A DNA stretch of 64,000 bases, from the NCBI GenBank assembly GCA_964247055.1, contig OZ176050.1, forward strand, positions 310,001-374,000, given 5' to 3'. The stretch comes from Paragordius varius (Eukaryota; Animalia; Nematomorpha). Shown one piece after another: positions 51,240-64,000 of this stretch. The position numbers and the translations under genes were made by a program. The notes beneath the pieces are model-generated. The model saw only the letters and a program-made list of their open reading frames with translations, was not told the DNA's origin and searched no databases. Numbering within the stretch: the stretch's first letter is position 1; every line of letters begins with the position of its first letter.

Positions 51240-54200
51240 ATCAGGTGATGTCACCATAATTTTTTTTGGGTAGCCCTATGGTAGTTCCATCATCACCCCA
51301 AATATTTTCGAGATCGGAGTATACATGTAATTTTTATGAATTTTTTAAATATTTAAAAAACTTATTTTATACGATTTTAAAAATAAAAATGGCTACCTAA
51401 AATCCAAATTTGATCAGGTGATGTCACTATAATTTTTTTGGGTAGCCCTCTGGTAGTTCCATCATCACCCCAAATATTTTCGAGATCGGAGTATAAATGT
51501 AATTTTTATGAATTTTATAAATATTTAAAAAATTTATTTTATACGATTTTAAAAATAAAAATGGCTACCTAAAATCCAAATTTGATCAGGTGATGTCACC
51601 ATAATATTTTTTTGGGTAGCCCTATAGTAGTTCCATCATCACCCCAAATATTTTCGAGATCGGAGTATAAATGTAATTTTTATGAATTTTTTAAATATTT
51701 AAAAAATTTATTTTATACGATTTTAAAAATAAAAATGGCTGCCTAAAATCCAAATTTGATCAGGTGATGTCACCATAATTTTTTAAGGTAGCCCTATGGT
51801 AGTTCCATCATCACCCCAAATATTTTCGAGATCGGGGTATAAATGTAATTTTTATGAATTTTTTAAATATTTAAAAAATTTATTTTATACGATTTTAAAA
51901 ATAAAAATGGCTACCTAAAATCCAAATTTGATCAGGTGATGTCACCATAATTTTTTTTGGGTAGCCCTATGGTAGTTCCATCATCACCCCAAATATTGTC
52001 GAGATCGGAGTATAAATGTAATTTTTTTGAATTTTTTAAATATTTAAAAAATTTATTTTATACGATTTTAAAAATAAAAATGGCTACCTAAAATCCAAAT
52101 TTGATCAGGTGATGTCACCATAATTTTTTTTGGGTAGCCCTATGGTAGTTCCATCATCACCCCAAATATTTTCGAGATCGGAGTATAAATGTAATTTTTA
52201 TGAATTTTTTAAATATTTAAAAAATTTATTTTATACGATTTTAAAAATAAAAATGGCTACCTAAAATCCAAATTTGATCAGGTGATGTCCCATAATTTTT
52301 TTTGGGTAGCCCTATGGTAGTTCCATCATCACCCCAAATATTTTCGAGATCGGAGTATAAATGTAATTTTTATGAATTTTTTAAATATTTAAAAAATTTA
52401 TTTTATACGATTTTAAAAATAAAAATGGCTACCTAAAATCCAAATTTGATCAGGTGATGTCACCATAATTTTTTTTGGGTAGCCCTATGGTAGTTCCATC
52501 ATCACCCCAAATATTGTCGAGATCGGAGTATAAATGTAATTTTTTTGAATTTTTTAAATATTTAAAAATATTATTTTATACGATTTTAAAAATAAAAATG
52601 GCTACCTAAAATCCAAATTTGATCAGGTGATGTCGCCATAATTTTTTTTGGGTAGCCCGATGGTAGTTCCATCATCACCCCAAATATTTTCGAGATCGGA
52701 GTATAAATGTAATTTTTATGAATTTTTTAAATATTTAAAAAATTTATTTTATACGATTTTAAAAATAAAAATGGCTACCTAAAATCCAAATTTGATCAGG
52801 TGATGTCACCATAATTTTTTAAGGTAGCCCTATGGTAGTTCCATCATCACCCCAAATATTTTCGAGATCGGGGTATAAATGTAATTTTTATGAAGTTTTT
52901 AAATATTTAAAAAATTTATTTTATACGATTTTAAAAATAAAAATGGCTACCTAAAATCCAAATTTGATCAGGTGATGTCACCATAATTTTTTTTGGGTAG
53001 CCCTATGGTAGTTCCATCATCACCCCAAATATTTTCGAGATCGGAGTATAAATGTAATTTTTATGAATTTTTTAAATATTTAAAAAATTTATTTTATACG
53101 ATTTTAAAAATAAAAATGGCTACCTAAAATCCAAATTTGATCAGGTGATGTCACCATAATTTTTTTTGGGTAGCCCTATGGTAGTTCCATCATCACCCCA
53201 AATATTGTCGAGATCGGAGTATAAATGTAATTTTTTTGAATTTTTTAAATATTTAAAAAATTTATTTTATACGATTTTAAAAATAAAAATGGCTACCTAA
53301 AATCCAAATTTGATCAGGTGATGTCGCCATAATTTTTTTTGAGTAGCCCTATGGTAGTTCCATCATCACCCCAAATATTTTGGGGATCGGACTATAAATG
53401 TAATTTTTATGAAGTTTTTAAATATTTAAAAAATTTATTTTATACGATTTTAAAAATAAAAATGGCTACCTAAAATCCAAATTTGATCAGGTGATGTCAC
53501 CATAATTTTTTTTGGGTAGCCCTATGGTAGTTCCATCATCACCCCAAATATTTTCGAGATCGGAGTATAAATGTAATTTTTATGAATTTTTTAAATATTT
53601 AAAAAACTTATTTTATACGATTTTAAAAATAAAAATGGCTACCTAAAATCCAAATTTGATCAGGTGATGTCACTATAATTTTTTTGGGTAGCCCTATGGT
53701 AGTTCCATCATCACCCCAAATATTTTCGAGATCGGAGTATAAATGTAATTTTTATGAATTTTATAAATATTTAAAAAATTTATTTTATACGATTTTAAAA
53801 ATAAAAATGGCTACCTAAAATCCAAATTTGATCAGGTGATGTCACCATAATATTTTTTTGGGTAGCCCTATAGTAGTTCCATCATCACCCCAAATATTTT
53901 CGAGATCGGAGTATAAATGTACTTTTTATGAATTTTTTAAATATTTAAAAAATTTATTTTATACGATTTTAAAAATAAAAATGGCTACCTAAAATCCAAA
54001 TTTGATCAGGTGATGTCACCATAATTTTTTAAGGTAGCCCTATGGTAGTTCCATCATCACCCCAAATATTTTCGAGATCGGGGTATAAATGTAATTTTTA
54101 TGAATTTTTTAAATATTTAAAAAATTTATTTTATACGATTTTAAAAATAAAAATGGCTACCTAAAATCCAAATTTGATCAGGTGATGTCACCATAATTTT

Positions 54201-54390
54201 TTTTGGGTAGCCCTATGGTAGTTCCATCATCACCCCAAATATTGTCGAGATCGGAGTATAAATGTAATTTTTTTGAATTTTTTAAATATTTAAAAAATTT
54301 ATTTTATACGATTTTAAAAATAAAAATGGCTACCTAAAATCCAAATTTGATCAGGTGATGTCACCATAATTTTTTTTGGGTAGCCCTATG
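51240..54390 (+). repeat. 13-monomer-offset duplication (2,246 bp): ~51,240-52,140 repeated at ~53,490-54,390
   Basis: aaaaacttatt (C at 51,361/53,607), ttttataaat, ataatattttttt...cctatagtag and ttttaaggtag...atcggggta occur in the same order. Confidence 0.82.
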
Positions 54391-57254
54391 GTAGTTCCAT
54401 CATCACCCCAAATATTGTCGAGATCGGAGTATAAATGTAATTTTTTTGAATTTTTTAAATATTTAAAAAATTTATTTTATACGATTTTAAAAATAAAAAT
54501 TGCTACCTAAAATCCAAATTTGATCAGGTGATGTCGTCATAATTTTTTTTGGGTAGCCCTATGGTAGTTCCATCATCACCCCAAATATTTTGGGGATCGG
54601 ACTATAAATGTAATTTTTATGAAGTTTTTAAATATTTAAAAAATTTATTTTATACGATTTTAAAAATAAAAATGGCTACCTAAAATCCAAATTTGATCAG
54701 GTGATGTCACCATAATTTTTTTTGGGTAGCCCTATGGTAGTTCCATCATCACCCCAAATATTTTCGAGATCGGAGTATAAATGTAATTTTTATGAATTTT
54801 TTAAATATTTAAAAAATTTATTTTATACGATTTTAAAAATAAAAATGGCTACCTAAAATCCAAATTTGATCAGGTGATGTCACCATAATTTTTTTTGGGT
54901 AGCCCTATTGTAGTTCCATCATCACCCCAAATATTTTCGAGATCGGAGTATAAATGTAATTTTTATGAATTTTTTAAATATTTAAAAAATTTATTTTATA
55001 CGATTTTAAAAATAAAAATGGCTACCTAAAATCCAAATTTGATCAGGTGATGTCACCATAATTTTTTAAGGTAGCCCTATGGTAGTTCCATCATCACCCC
55101 AAATATTTTCGAGATCGGGGTATAAATGTAATTTTTATGAATTTTTTAAATATTTAAAAAATTTATTTTATACGATTTTAAAAATAAAAATGGCTACCTA
55201 AAATCCAAATTTGATCAGGTGATGTCGTCATAATTTTTTTTGGGTAGCCCTATGGTAGTTCCATCATCACCCCAAATATTTTGGGGATCGGACTATAAAT
55301 GTAATTTTTATGAAGTTTTTAAATATTTAAAAAATTTATTTTATACGATTTTAAAAATAAAAATGGCTACCTAAAATCCAAATTTGATGAGGTGATGTCA
55401 CCATAATTTTTTTTGGGTAGCCCTATGGTAGTTCCATCATCACCCCAAATATTTTCGAGATCGGAGTATAAATGTAATTTTTATGAATTTTTTAAATATT
55501 TAAAAAATTTATTTTATACGATTTTAAAAATAAAAATGGCTACCTAAAATCCAAATTTGATCAGGTGATGTCACCATAATTTTTTTTGGGTAGCCCTATG
55601 GTAGTTCCATCATCACCCCAAATATTTTGGGGATCGGACTATAAATGTAATTTTTATGAAGTTTTTAAATATTTAAAAAATTTATTTTATACGATTTTAA
55701 AAATAAAAATGGCTACCTAAAATCCAAATTTGATGAGGTGATGTCACCATAATTTTTTTGGGGTAGCCCTATGGTAGTTCCATCATCACCCCAAATATTT
55801 TCGAGATCGGAGTATAAATGTAATTTTTATGAATTTTTTAAATATTTAAAAAATTTATTTTATACGATTTTAAAAATAAAAATGGCTACCTAAAATCCAA
55901 ATTTGATCAGGTGATGTCACCATAATTTTTTTTGGGTAGCCCTATGGTAGTTCCATCATCACCCCAAATATTTTCGAGATCGGAGTATAAATGTAATTTT
56001 TATGAATTTTTCAAATATTTAAAAAATTTATTTTATACGATTTTAAAAATAAAAATGGCTACCTAAAATCCAAATTTGATCAGGTGATGTCACCATAATT
56101 TTTTTTGGGTAGCTCTATGGTAGTTCCATCATCACCCCAAATATTGTCGAGATCGGAGTATAAATGTAATTTTTTTGAATTTTTTAAATATTTAAAAATA
56201 TTATTTTATAGGATTTTAAAAATAAAAATGGCTACCTAAAATCCAAATTTGATCAGGTGATGTCGCCATAATTTTTTTTGGGTAGCCCTATAGTAGTTCC
56301 ATCATCACCCCAAATATTTTCGAGATCGGAGTATAAATGTAATTTTTATGAATTTTTTAAATATTAAAAAAATTTATTTTATACGATTTTAAAAATAAAA
56401 ATGGCTACCTAAAATCCAAATTTGATCAGGTGATGTCACCATAATTTTTTAAGGTAGCCCTATGGTAGTTCCATCATCACCCCAAATATTTTCGAGATCG
56501 GGGTATAAATGTAATTTTTATGAATTTTTTAAATATTTAAAAAATTTATTTTATACGATTTTAAAAATAAAAATGGCTACCTAAAATCCAAATTTGATCA
56601 GGTGATGTCACCATAATTTTTTTTGGGTAGCCCTATGGTAGTTCCATCATCACCCCAAATATTTTCGAGATCGGAGTATAAATGTAATTTTTATGAATTT
56701 TTTAAATATTTAAAAAATTTATTTTATACGATTTTAAAAATAAAAATGGCTACCTAAAATCCAAATTTGATCAGGTGATGTCGTCATAATTTTTTTTGGG
56801 TAGCCCTATGGTAGTTCCATCATCACCCCAAATATTTTGGGGATCGGACTATAAATGTAATTTTTATGAAGTTTTTAAATATTTAAAAAATTTATTTTAT
56901 ACGATTTTAAAAATAAAAATGGCTACCTAAAATCCAAATTTGATCAGGTGATGTCACCATAATTTTTTTTGGGTAGCCCTATGGTAGTTCCATCATCACC
57001 CCAAATATTTTCGAGATCGGAGTATAAATGTAATTTTTATGAATTTTTTAAATATTTAAAAAATTTATTTTATACGATTTTAAAAATAAAAATGGCTACC
57101 TAAAATCCAAATTTGATCAGGTGATGTCACCATAATTTTTTTTGGGTAGCCCTATGGTAGTTCCATCATCACCCCAAATATTTTCGAGATCGGAGTATAA
57201 ATGTAATTTTTATGAATTTTTTAAATATTTAAAAAATTTATTTTATACGATTTT

Positions 57255-57270
57255 AAAAATAAATTTGATC
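57255..57270 (+). repeat. 21-bp deletion variant giving a 152-bp monomer (example; nine copies seen)
   Basis: aaaaat|aaatttgatc lacks aaaaatggctacctaaaatcc. Seen on - near 17,658, 19,538, 21,592, 22,608 and 25,181, and on + near 57,261, 59,482, 62,400 and 63,416. Confidence 0.92.
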
Positions 57271-60200
57271 AGGTGATGTCACCATAATTTTTTTGGGGCA
57301 GCCCTATGGTAGTTCCATCATCACCCCAAATATTTTCGAGATCGGAGTATAAATGTAATTTTTATGAATTTTTTAAATATTTAAAAAATTTATTTTATAC
57401 GATTTTAAAAATAAAAATGGCTACCTAAAATCCAAATTTGATCAGGTGATGTCATCATAATTTTTTTGGGTAGCCCTATGGTAGTTCCATCATCACCCCG
57501 AATACTTTGGGGATCGGACTATAAATGTAATTTTTTTGAATTTTTTAAATATTTAAAAAATTTATTTTATACGATTTTAAAAATAAAAATGGCTACCTAA
57601 AATCCAAATTTGATCAGGTGATGTCGCCATTTTTTGCGTAGCCCTATGGTAGTTCCATCATCACCCTAAATATTTTGGGGATCGGACTATAAATGTAATT
57701 TTTATGAATTTTTTAAATATTTAAAAAATTTATTTTATACGATTTTAAAAATAAAAATGGCTACCTAAAATCCAAATTTGATCAGGTGATGTCACCATAA
57801 TTTTTTTTGGGTAGCCCTATGGTAGTTCCATCATCACCCCAAATATTTTCGAGATCGGAATATAAATGTAATTTTTATGAATTTTTTAAATATTTAAAAA
57901 ATTTATTTTATACGATTTTAAAAATAAAAATGGCTACCTAAAATCCAAATTTGATCAGGTGATGTCACCATAATTTTTTTTGGGTAGCCCTATGGTAGTT
58001 CCATCATCACCCCAAATATTTTCGAGATCGGAGTATAAATGTAATTTTTATGAATTTTTTAAATATTTAAAAGATTTATTTTATACGATTTTAAAAATAA
58101 AAATGGCTACCTAAAATCCAAATTTGATCAGGTGATGTCACCATAATTTTTTTTGGGTAGCCCTATGGTAGTTCCATCATCACCCCAAATATTTTCGAGA
58201 TCGGAGTATAAATGTAATTTTTATGAATTTTTTAAATATTTAAAAAATTTATTTTATACGATTATAAAAATAAAAATGGCTACCTAAAATCCAAATTTGA
58301 TCAGGTGATGTCACCATAATTTTTTTTGGGTAGCTCTATGGTAGTTCCATCATCACCATAAATATTGTCGAGATCGGAGTATAAATGTAATTTTTTTGAA
58401 TTTTTTAAATATTTAAAAATATTATTTTATACGATTTTAAAAATAAAAATGGCTACCTAAAATCCAAATTTGATCAGGTGATGTCGCCATAATTTTTTTT
58501 GGGTAGCCCTATAGTAGTTCCATCATCACCCCAAATATTTTCGAGATCGGAGTATAAATGTAATTTTTATGAATTTTTTAAATATTTAAAAAATTTATTT
58601 TATACGATTTTAAAAATAAAAATGGCTACCTAAAATCCAAATTTGATCAGGTGATGTCACCATAATTTTTTAAGGTAGCCCTATGGTAGTTCCATCATCA
58701 CCCCAAATATTTTCGAGATCGGGGTATAAATGTAATTTTTATGAATTTTTTAAATATTTAAAAAATTTATTTTATACGATTTTAAAAATAAAAATGGCTA
58801 CCTAAAATCCAAATTTGATCAGGTGATGTCACCATAATTTTTTTTGGGTAGCCCTATGGTAGTTCCATCATCACCCCAAATATTGTCGAGATCGGAGTAT
58901 AAATGTAATTTTTTTGAATTTTTTAAATATTTAAAAAATTTATTTTATACGATTTTAAAAATAAAAATGGCTACCTAAAATCCAAATTTGATCAGGTCAT
59001 GTCGCCATAATTTTTTTTGGGTAGCCCTATGGTAGTTCCATCATAACCCCAAATATTTTTGAGATCGGACTTTAAATGTAATTTTTTTGAATTTTTTAAA
59101 TATTTAAAAAATTTATTTTATACGATTTTAAAAATAAAAATGGCTACCTAAAATCCAAATTTGATCAAGTGATGTCACCATAATTTTTTTTGGGTAGCCC
59201 TATGGTAGTTCCATCATCACCCCAAATATTTTCGAGATCGGAGTATAAATGTAATTTTTATGAATTTTTTAAATATTTAAAAAATTTATTTTATACGATT
59301 TTAAAAATAAAAATGGCTACCTAAAATCCAAATTTGATCAGGTGATGTCACCATAATTTTTTTTGGGTAGCCCTATGGTAGTTCCATCATCACCCCAAAT
59401 ATTTTCGAGATCGGAGTATAAATGTAATTTTTATGAATTTTTTAAATATTTAAAAAATTTATTTTATACGATTTTAAAAATAAATTTGATCAGGTGATGT
59501 CACCATAATTTTTTTTGGGCAGCCCTATGGTAGTTCCATCATCACCCCAAATATTTTCGAGATCGGAGTATAAATGTAATTTTTATGAATTTTTTAAATA
59601 TTTAAAAAATTTATTTTATACGATTTTAAAAATAAAAATGGCTACCTAAAATCCAAATTTGATCAGGTGATGTCACCATAATTTTTTTTGGGTAGCCCTA
59701 TGGTAGTTCCATCATCACCCCAAATATTGTCGAGATCGGAGTATAAATGTAATTTTTATGAATTTTTTAAATATTTAAAAAATTTATTTTATACGATTTT
59801 AAAAATAAAAATGGCTACCTAAAATCCAAATTTGATCAGGTGATGTCGCCATAATTTTTTTTGGGTAGCCCTATGGTAGTTCCATCATCACCCCAAATAT
59901 TTTCGAGATCGGAGTATAAATGTAATTTTTATGAATTTTTTAAATATTTAAAAAATTTATTTTATACGATTTTAAAAATAAAAATGGCTACCTAAAATCC
60001 AAATTTGATCAGGTGATGTCACCATAATTTTTTTGGGTAGCCCTATGTTAGTTCCATCATCACCCCAAATATTTTCGAGATCGGAGTATAAATGTAATTT
60101 TTATGAATTTTTTAAATATTTAAAAAATTTATTTTATACGATTTTAAAAATAAAAATGGCTACCTAAAATCCAAATTTGATCAGGTGATGTCACTATAAT

Positions 60201-63200
60201 TTTTTTGGGTAGCCCTATGGTAGTTCCATCATCACCCCGAATATTTTGGGGATCGGACTATAAATGTAATTTTTATGAAGTTTTTAAATATTTAAAAAAT
60301 TTATTTTATACGATTTTAAAAATAAAAATGGCTACCTAAAATCCAAATTTGATCAGGTGATGTCACCATAATTTTTTTTGGGTAGCCCTATGGTAGTTCC
60401 ATCATCACCCCAAATATTGTCGAGATCGGAGTATAAATGTAATTTTTATGAATTTTTTAAATATTTAAAAAATTTATTTTATACGATTTTAAAAATAAAA
60501 ATGGCTACCTAAAATCCAAATTTGATCAGGTGATGTCGCCATAATTTTTTTTGGGTAGCCCTATGGTAGTTCCATCATCACCCCAAATATTTTCGAGATC
60601 GGAGTATAAATGTAATTTTTATGAATTTTTTAAATATTTAAAAAATTTATTTTATACGATTTTAAAAATAAAAATGGCTACCTAAAATCCAAATTTGATC
60701 AGGTGATGTCACCATAATTTTTTTTGGGTAGCCCTATGGTAGTTCCATCATCACCCCAAATATTTTCGAGATCGGAGTATAAATGTATTTTTTATGAATT
60801 TTTTAAATATTTAAAAAATTTATTTTATACGATTTTAAAAATAAAAATGGCTACCTAAAATCCAAATTTGATCAGGTGATGTCGCCATAATTTTTTTTGG
60901 GTAGCCCTATGGTAGTTCCATCATCACCCCAAATATTATCGAGATCGGAGTATAAATGTAATTTTTATGAATTTTTTAAATATTTAAAAAATTTATTTTA
61001 TACGATTTTAAAAATAAAAATGGCTACCTAAAATCCAAATTTGATGAGGTGATGTCGTCATAATTTTTTTTGGGTAGCCCTATGGTAGTTCCATCATCAC
61101 CCCGAATATTTTGGGGATCGGACTATAAATGTAATTTTTATGAAGTTTTTAAATATTTAAAAAATTTATTTTATACGATTTTAAAAATAAAAATGGCTAC
61201 CTAAAATCCAAATTTGATCAGGTGATGTCACCATAATTTTTTTTGGGTAGCCCTATGGTAGTTCCATCATCACCCCAAATATTTTCGAGATCGGAGTATA
61301 AATGTAATTTTTATGAATTTTTTAAATATTTAAAAAATTTATTTTATACGATATTAAAAATAAAAATGGCTACCTAAAATCCAAATTTGATCAGGTGATG
61401 TCGCCATAATTTTTTTTGGGTAGCCCTATGGTAGTTCCATCATCACCCCAAATATTTTCGAGATCGGAGTATAAATGTAATTTTTTTGAATTTTTTAAAT
61501 ATTTAAAAAATTTATTTTATACGATTTTAAAAATAAAAATGGCTACCTAAAATCCAAATTTGATGAGGTGATGTCGTCATAATTTTTTTTGGGTAGCCCT
61601 ATGGTAGTTCCATCATCACCCCAAATATTTTGGGGATCGGACTATAAATGTAATTTTTATGAAGTTTTTAAATATTTAAAAAATTTATTTTATACGATTT
61701 TAAAAATAAAAATGGCTACCTAAAATCCAAATTTGATCAGGTGATGTCACCATAATTTTTTTTGGGTAGCCCTATGGTAGTTCCATCATCACCCCAAATA
61801 TTTTCGAGATCGGAGTATAAATGTAATTTTTATGAATTTTTTAAATATTTAAAAAATTTATATTATACGATTTTAAAAATAAAAATGGCTACCTAAAATC
61901 CAAATTTGATCAGGTGATGTCACCATAATTTTTTTTGGGTAGCCCTATGGTAGTTCCATCATCACCCCAAATATTTTCGAGATCGGGGTATAAATGTAAT
62001 TTTTATGAATTTTTTAAATATTTAAAAAATTTATTTTATACGATTTTAAAAATAAAAATGGCTACCTAAAATCCAAATTTGATCAGGTGATGTCACCATA
62101 ATTTTTTTTGGGCAGCCCTATGGTAGTTCCATCATCACCCCAAATATTTTCGAGATCGGAGTATAAATGTAATTTTTATGAATTTTTTAAATATTTAAAA
62201 GATTTATTTTATACGATTTTAAAAATAAAAATGGCTACCTAAAATCCAAATTTGATCAGGTGATGTCACCATAATTTTTTTTGGGTAGCCCTATGGTAGT
62301 TCCATCATCACCCCAAATATTTTCGAGATCGGAGAATAAATGTAATTTTTATGAATTTTTTAAATATTTAAAAAATTTATTTTATACGATTTTAAAAATA
62401 AATTTGATCAGGTGATGTCACCATAATTTTTTTGGGGCAGCCCTATGGTAGTTCCATCATCACCCCAAATATTTTCGAGATCGGAGTATAAATGTAATTT
62501 TTATGAATTTTTTAAATATTTAAAAAATTTATTTTATACGATTTTAAAAATAAAAATGGCTACCTAAAATCCAAATTTGATCAGGTGATGTCATCATAAT
62601 TTTTTTGGGTAGCCCTATGGTAGTTCCATCATCACCCCGAATACTTTGGGGATCGGACTATAAATGTAATTTTTTTGAATTTTTTAAATATTTAAAAAAT
62701 TTATTTTATACGATTTTAAAAATAAAAATGGCTACCTAAAATCCAAATTTGATCAGGTGATGTCGCCATAATTTTTTTTGCGTAGCCCTATGGTAGTTCC
62801 ATCATCACCCTAAATATTTTGGGGATCGGACTATAAATGTAATTTTTATGAAGTTTTTAAATATTTAAAAAATTTATTTTATACGATTTTAAAAATAAAA
62901 ATGGCTACCTAAAATCCAAATTTGATCAGGTGATGTCACCATAATTTTTTTTGGGTAGCCCTATGGTAGTTCCATCATCACCCCAAATATTGTCGAGATC
63001 GGAGTATAAATGTAATTTTTTTGAATTTTTTAAATATTTAAAAATATTATTTTATACGATTTTAAAAATAAAAATGGCTACCTAAAATCCAAATTTGATC
63101 AGGTGATGTCGCCATAATTTTTTTTGGGTAGCCCTATAGTAGTTCCATCATCACCCCAAATATTTTCGAGATCGGAGTATAAATGTAATTTTTATGAATT

Positions 63201-64000
63201 TTTTAAATATTTAAAAAATTTATTTTATACGATTTTAAAAATAAAAATGGCTACCTAAAATCCAAATTTGATCAGGTGATGTCGCCATAATTTTTTTTGG
63301 GTAGCCCTATGGTAGTTCCATCATCACCCCAAATATTTTCGAGATCGGAGTATAAATGTAATTTTTATGAATTTTTTAAATATTTAAAAAATTTATTTTA
63401 TACGATTTTAAAAATAAATTTGATCAGGTGATGTCACCATAATTTTTTTGGGGCAGCCCTATGGTAGTTCCATCATCACCCCAAATATTTTCGAGATCGG
63501 AGTATAAATGTAATTTTTATGAATTTTTTAAATATTTAAAAAATTTATTTTATACGATTTTAAAAATAAAAATGGCTACCTAAAATCCAAATTTGATCAG
63601 GTGATGTCACCATAATTTTTTTTGGGCAGCCCTATGGTAGTTCCATCATCACCCCAAATATTTTCGAGATCGGAGTATAAATGTAATTTTTTTGAATTTT
63701 TTAAATATTTAAAAAATTTATTTTATACGATTTTAAAAATAAAAATGGCTACCTAAAATCCAAATTTGATCAGGTGATGTCGCCATAATTTTTTTTGGGT
63801 AGCCCTATGGTAGTTCCATCATCACCCCAAATATTTTCGAGATCGGAGTATAAATGTAATTTTTTTGAATTTTTTAAATATTTAAAAAATTTATTTTATA
63901 CGATTTTAAAAATAAAAATGGCTACCTAAAATCCAAATTTAATGAGGTGATGTCGTCATAATTTTTTTTGGGTAGCCCTATGGTAGTTCCATCATCACCC

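Larger units (their letters stand above)
1..64000. repeat. Tandem satellite DNA array, 173-bp monomer, ~370 copies, ~27% GC; continues beyond both window ends
   Basis: The first monomer starts at 1 (ccaaatttgatc) and the next at 174, giving a 173-bp period. I counted 46 G/C in 173 nt for monomer 1. The same unit, or its reverse complement, fills every line of the window with only scattered SNPs and small indels. Confidence 0.99.
47988..64000 (+). repeat. Satellite block 3, forward orientation (~93 monomers)
   Basis: Forward monomers resume at gatgtcaccataatt (47,988) and run to the window end. Confidence 0.98.

Noticed and set aside
1-64000. CRISPR array
   Set aside because: There are no unique spacers. 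The entire 173-bp unit repeats head to tail, and no cas genes or leader are present.

Overview
The whole 64-kb window is one AT-rich (~27% GC) tandem satellite array of about 370 copies of a 173-bp monomer. The consensus on + is ccaaatttgatcaggtgatgtcaccataattttttttgggtagccctatggtagttccatcatcaccccaaatattttcgagatcggagtataaatgtaatttttatgaattttttaaatatttaaaaaatttattttatacgattttaaaaataaaaatggctacctaaaat. I see no genes, RNA genes, transposon insertions or unique sequence. It looks like eukaryotic (peri)centromeric or heterochromatic satellite DNA, which is an inference; I do not recognise the family or species. The main structure is a ~38.3-kb internal inversion (9,711-47,987) whose two junctions are reciprocal. 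Undoing it rejoins both monomers with only a few bases lost, and both pre-inversion joins survive as intact paralogous copies inside the window. One break sits exactly at the edge of a perfect 24-bp palindrome present in nearly every monomer. Rare SNPs and indels show layered higher-order repeats (3-, 7-, 9-, 11-, 13-, 19-, 21- and ~56-monomer periods) and two variant domains that the inversion has interleaved. All comparisons were made by eye, so duplication end-points are approximate.
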